From NCBI RefSeq assembly GCF_000372725.1, contig NW_005201287.1, positions 181,899-201,898 of the forward strand: DNA of 20,000 bases. The letters are read 5' to 3'. Below the pieces are notes generated by a model, which saw only the letters and a program-made list of their open reading frames with translations, did not search any database and was not told where the DNA came from. Below are positions 16,595 through 20,000 of the stretch, one piece after another. This stretch comes from Emiliania huxleyi CCMP1516 (lineage: Eukaryota). Each line of letters begins with the position of its first letter. The stretch's first letter is position 1. The translations under genes were made by a program, and so were the position numbers.

Positions 16595-19511
16595 GCGGGC
16601 TCGGCGGCGGCGGCGAAGGGGGCGCAGGCGAGGGCGGCGGTGGCGACCGGGGTGGCAGAGGCGGCGGCATCTGCGGAGGCGCGTTGGCCCAGCAGATCTT
16701 CCAGCCGGTCCTGAACACTATAGAGTCCGAGACCCAGGTGATGTTGCCATCCAAGGGCACGATCCCAGTCGGGCCAGAGGAGCCGCAGTACCTCACGCCG
16801 TTGACGACGAGGTAGTCGTAGCGGCAGTCGTCTGTGGGGTCGCCGTTCCCGTCGTAGTCGTTGTAAAGGTAATAGTCTCCCTCCACGTCGAAGGCGAGGG
16901 AGACCAACGGGTTGGGCGGCACATTGGTGAACTCGCACCGCTCGCCAGGACCGTACTCGTCCGGGTAGCGTGGCGAGGTGGCGCACGCGCCGCCGTCGGT
17001 GAGCGGGCACGGGCCGTCGACCTGGACGCTCAGACCAGGCAGAAGCGGCGATGGCGGCGGCGGTAGCGGCGGGGTCGTGGTGAAGGCCAGTGTCAGATCG
17101 TTGTCCGTAAAGGTTCCGTCGCAGTAAACCCGCCAGGTAGCCCTGCCTAGCGGCGGCGAGGAGGAGTCGTCCGCGTCAATGCGGGCCTCGTAGGTACATG
17201 TCCCGTCGCCATCGAGGTCGCTGGAGGCGGTAGTGCTCGGTGCTTGCTTGTCCACGATCCAGCGGGCAGTAGAGCCTGTACCACTGCAAGTGGGGTCCCA
17301 GTAGATGTAGTACGACGACGAGGCGTCGCGGAAGTACGGCGCTCCCGATAAGGTGTAGCCGACCGCGACATATTCGACGTTGTCGAGGGCAGAGCTTTGC
17401 GGAGCGCAACCTCCGGTGACCACGAGAGGGGGCGGGAGCGGCGGCGTTGGCGGTGTGGGCGGCGACGACGGCGGCGTTGGCGGTGTGGGCGGCGGCGGCG
17501 GCATCTGCGGAGGCGCGTTGGCCCAGCAGATCTTCCAGCCGGCCGCGGACACTCCAACGTCCGAGACCCAGGTGATGTTGCCATCCGATGGCACGACCCC
17601 AGTCGGGCCAGAGGTGCCGCAGTACCTCACGCCGTTGACGACGAGGTAGTCATAGCGGCAGGCGGTAAGAAAATACAAGTCGACCTGAGGCTCCACGTCG
17701 AAGGCGAGGGAGACCAGCGGGTTGGGCGGCACATTGGTGAACTCGCACCGCTCGTCAGGACCGTACTCACCGTCCAGGTAGTTTGGCGAGGTGGCGCACG
17801 CGCCGCCGTCAGTGAGCGGGCACGGGCCGTCAACCTGGACGCTCAAGCCAGGCAGAAGCGGCGATGGCGGCGGCGGTAGCGGCGGGGGAGAAGGTGGCGG
17901 CGATGGCGGCGGGGTTGATGGCGCCGGCGGCGGTTGGCTAGGTGGCGGCGGCATCTGCGGAGGCGCGTTGGCCCAGCAGATCTTCCAGCCAGCCCCGAAG
18001 CCCGAACCGTCCGAGACCCAGGTGATGTTGCCACCCGAGGGCACGATCCCAGTCGGGGCAGAGGTGCCGCAGTACCTCACGCCATTGACGAAAAGGTAGT
18101 CGAAGCGGCAGTCGTCTGTGGGGTCGCCGTTCCCGTCGTGATCGATGTCAGGGTGATAGTCTCCCTGCACGTCGAAGGCGAGGGATACCAACGGGTTGGG
18201 CGGCACATTGGTGAACTCGCACCGCTCGTCAGGACCGTACAACTCCGGGTAGCGTGACGACGTGGCGCACGCGCCGCCGTCGGTGAGCGGGCACGGGCCG
18301 TCGACCTGGACGCTCAGGCCAGGCAGAAGCGGCGGGGATGACGGCGGTGATGGCGGTGATGGCGGCGCGAGTGGCGGCGGCGGTTGGCTAGGTGGCGGCG
18401 GCATCTGCGGAGGCGCGTTGGACCAGCAGATCTTCCAGCCGGCCGCGGACACTCCACCATCCGAGGGAGGCGGCGACGAGGGCGAAGCGGGGATGCACAC
18501 ACAGTTGCCCCAGAGCGACGAGTAGATGGCCTCGATGGAGCACCATGGCGTGTCATCGTTCGCGACCGTGGTGCACTCGCTGTACGTTACGCCGTTGTAG
18601 GTGAAGGGGAAGACACACGTTGAGCCCTCCGGAGCTGAGCCGCCTGTGGTCGTGCACGGCGCTGGTGAGGAACCATCTGAGAACCACTCGATGACGCCGT
18701 CCTCCGCCACCGCGCCATTCGGCCCCGAGGTGCCGCAGTACTTCACGCCGTTGACGATGAGGTAGTCGTAGGAGCAATCGGCGCCAGGCTCCACGTCGAA
18801 GGCGAGGGAGACCAACGGGTTGGGCGGCACATTGGTGAACTCGCACCGCTCGCCGGGGCCGTACTCGTCTGGGTAGCGTGGCGAGGTGGCGCACGCGCCG
18901 CCGTCGGTGAGCGGGCACGGGCCGTCAACCTGGACGCTCAGGCCAGGCAGGAGCGGCGGGGATGACGGCGGTGACGGCGGGGATGGCGGCGCGGGTGGCG
19001 GCGGCGGTTGGGTAGGCGGCTGCGGCATCTGCGGTGGCGCGTTTGCACAGCTGCACTTGCACTCCTCGTGCGACGGCTCAGGAGGTGTCGACGGGTCGAT
19101 GTCGGTATTGTCGAGCCGACGTCGACGTCCTGCCGCGTCGCCCCGATGGTGGAGGCATGCCTCCGGAAGAACAAGCGTGCCAACCGGCGCCCACGTGCTG
19201 CTTTCGCCCATGTTTTGCAGGCAATCGCAGCCAGACTGGCAGAAGCACCAGCATCCCTCGGAATCGCAATGGTGCTCGACGTTCGTCGTGGTGGGGTGAG
19301 CTCCTTCGCAAGAGTCAACGCAGCGCTGTATGGAGCAGTCCGAGGCAGGTCCACGGCACACAAAGGCGTCGAGATCGCTCGTACACCGACCCGCTGAAGG
19401 AAAGCTCTCCCAGGTTGAGTGCGTCGCCTGAGAGAAAACCGCTCCCGGCGTCGTCGCCGCGCCTCCACTGCCGGGCAGGCCGAAGCAGAAGATCAGAGCA
19501 GGCGGCAGCAT
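11970..19511 (-). CDS. Giant (~2463 aa) multi-pass cell-surface receptor with tandem cytoplasmic TIR domains; exons 19511-13488, 13402-13136, 13070-11970
   Basis: Hydrophobic N-terminus; 4 CUB-like repeats (ATSPRYPDEYGPGERC...FDVE...CxYDYLxVNGVRYCG...WVSD...GWKICW); one FN2 domain; SPPP-rich linkers; GG(S/G)(L/I)/FxxN beta-helix repeats (~16500-15870); ephrin-receptor-like/GCC Cys-rich repeats (~15860-14520); ~8-9 hydrophobic segments (~14490-13270). Two phase-0 GT-AG introns (13487-13403, 13135-13071) join to HLFLSHVWSTGQDAVAVIKNELQQFLPGCEIFLDVDDL...FLSRGYLRSTNCLREV (TIR) and a second TIR-like unit. Confidence 0.92.
16670..18950 (-). repeat. Four near-identical intragenic repeats encoding CUB-like domains (~18940-18420, 18318-17973, 17850-17523, 17038-16688)
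   Basis: Long shared nucleotide stretches, e.g. gggttgggcggcacattggtgaactcgcaccgctcg and cagcagatcttccagcc, occur in all four copies. Confidence 0.9.
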
Positions 19512-20000
19512 CGTGATGCAGAGATCTGAGCGGCTGCCAAACTGGGGCCGCCGACACAGCTCGACTTCAGTTTTCTTTTTTAGCTAAACTTGGAGCAAAC
19601 TTCGAGTGAATAGAAACAAGCGAAGGCACACACAACATGACGCCAAACACACGATTGCACGCACCGCGCCGCACCCAGTACCCCGCGCCCGCCGCCCCCC
19701 CACCGCCCCGCCTAGGTGGGAAAGAGATGAATGAGGAGATGGGACAGCGAAGGAGGAGCCCAACACGTATGGGAGGGTAAAGTTGTGCGTCACGCTGCCC
19801 GGCGTTTCTCACTTTCCGGGACAGCCCCGCCCTTGTGAGGCAGGAAAGTGACGACTACCTCTAGCCCGTAGCCCGATGCCGATCATCCGGCTCGCTGGGT
19901 GCGCTTCTTAGCTCCCCGGCCCTGGATGTGAGGTTAATGACTGCACTCCAAGTGCTCCATGTGGGCCGTACGCCTGGTTGCATCATTCCCCATCCATTCC

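Noticed and set aside
13374..19516. Long plus-strand and alternate-frame ORFs (e.g. 13374-14678, 14907-16055, 15733-16815)
   Set aside because: They are antisense or frame shadows of the GC-rich receptor CDS, with Arg/Gly/Ala-rich translations and no motifs.
19512..20000. Short ORFs upstream of the receptor gene
   Set aside because: No recognisable motifs; more likely promoter or intergenic sequence.

Overview
This is GC-rich eukaryotic genomic DNA with short spliceosomal introns (GT-AG and GC-AG). It most resembles a haptophyte alga such as Emiliania/Gephyrocapsa; that is an inference from GC content, GC donors, AP2-repeat style and gene families. From left to right: (1) an intronless DUF1254/DUF1214-type gene on the minus strand, running off the window edge and missed by the ORF track, head-to-head with (2) a 5-exon Cys-type S1 arylsulfatase. 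(3) A 2-exon plastid-targeted rubredoxin with a C-terminal TM helix. (4) A tentative spliced single-pass membrane protein. (5) A short-motif repeat block. (6) An AP2-AP2-RING gene interrupted by a stop, divergent from (7) a sulfotransferase-fold ORF with degenerate PAPS motifs; this pair is bracketed by two inverted copies of a ~70-bp element ending in (TTTA)n, with a third diverged copy at ~4430. (8) A gene fragment whose frame ends at that element. (9) A ~2460-aa, 3-exon receptor: signal peptide, 4 CUB-like repeats (one with an inserted FN2 domain), Pro-rich stalks, beta-helix, Cys-rich repeats, a multi-pass TM bundle and two tandem cytoplasmic TIR domains, the first keeping the catalytic Glu. 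The TM-TIR receptor and the DUF1254/sulfatase/sulfotransferase neighbourhood are the most interesting signals. All domain calls are by motif recognition; no searches were run.
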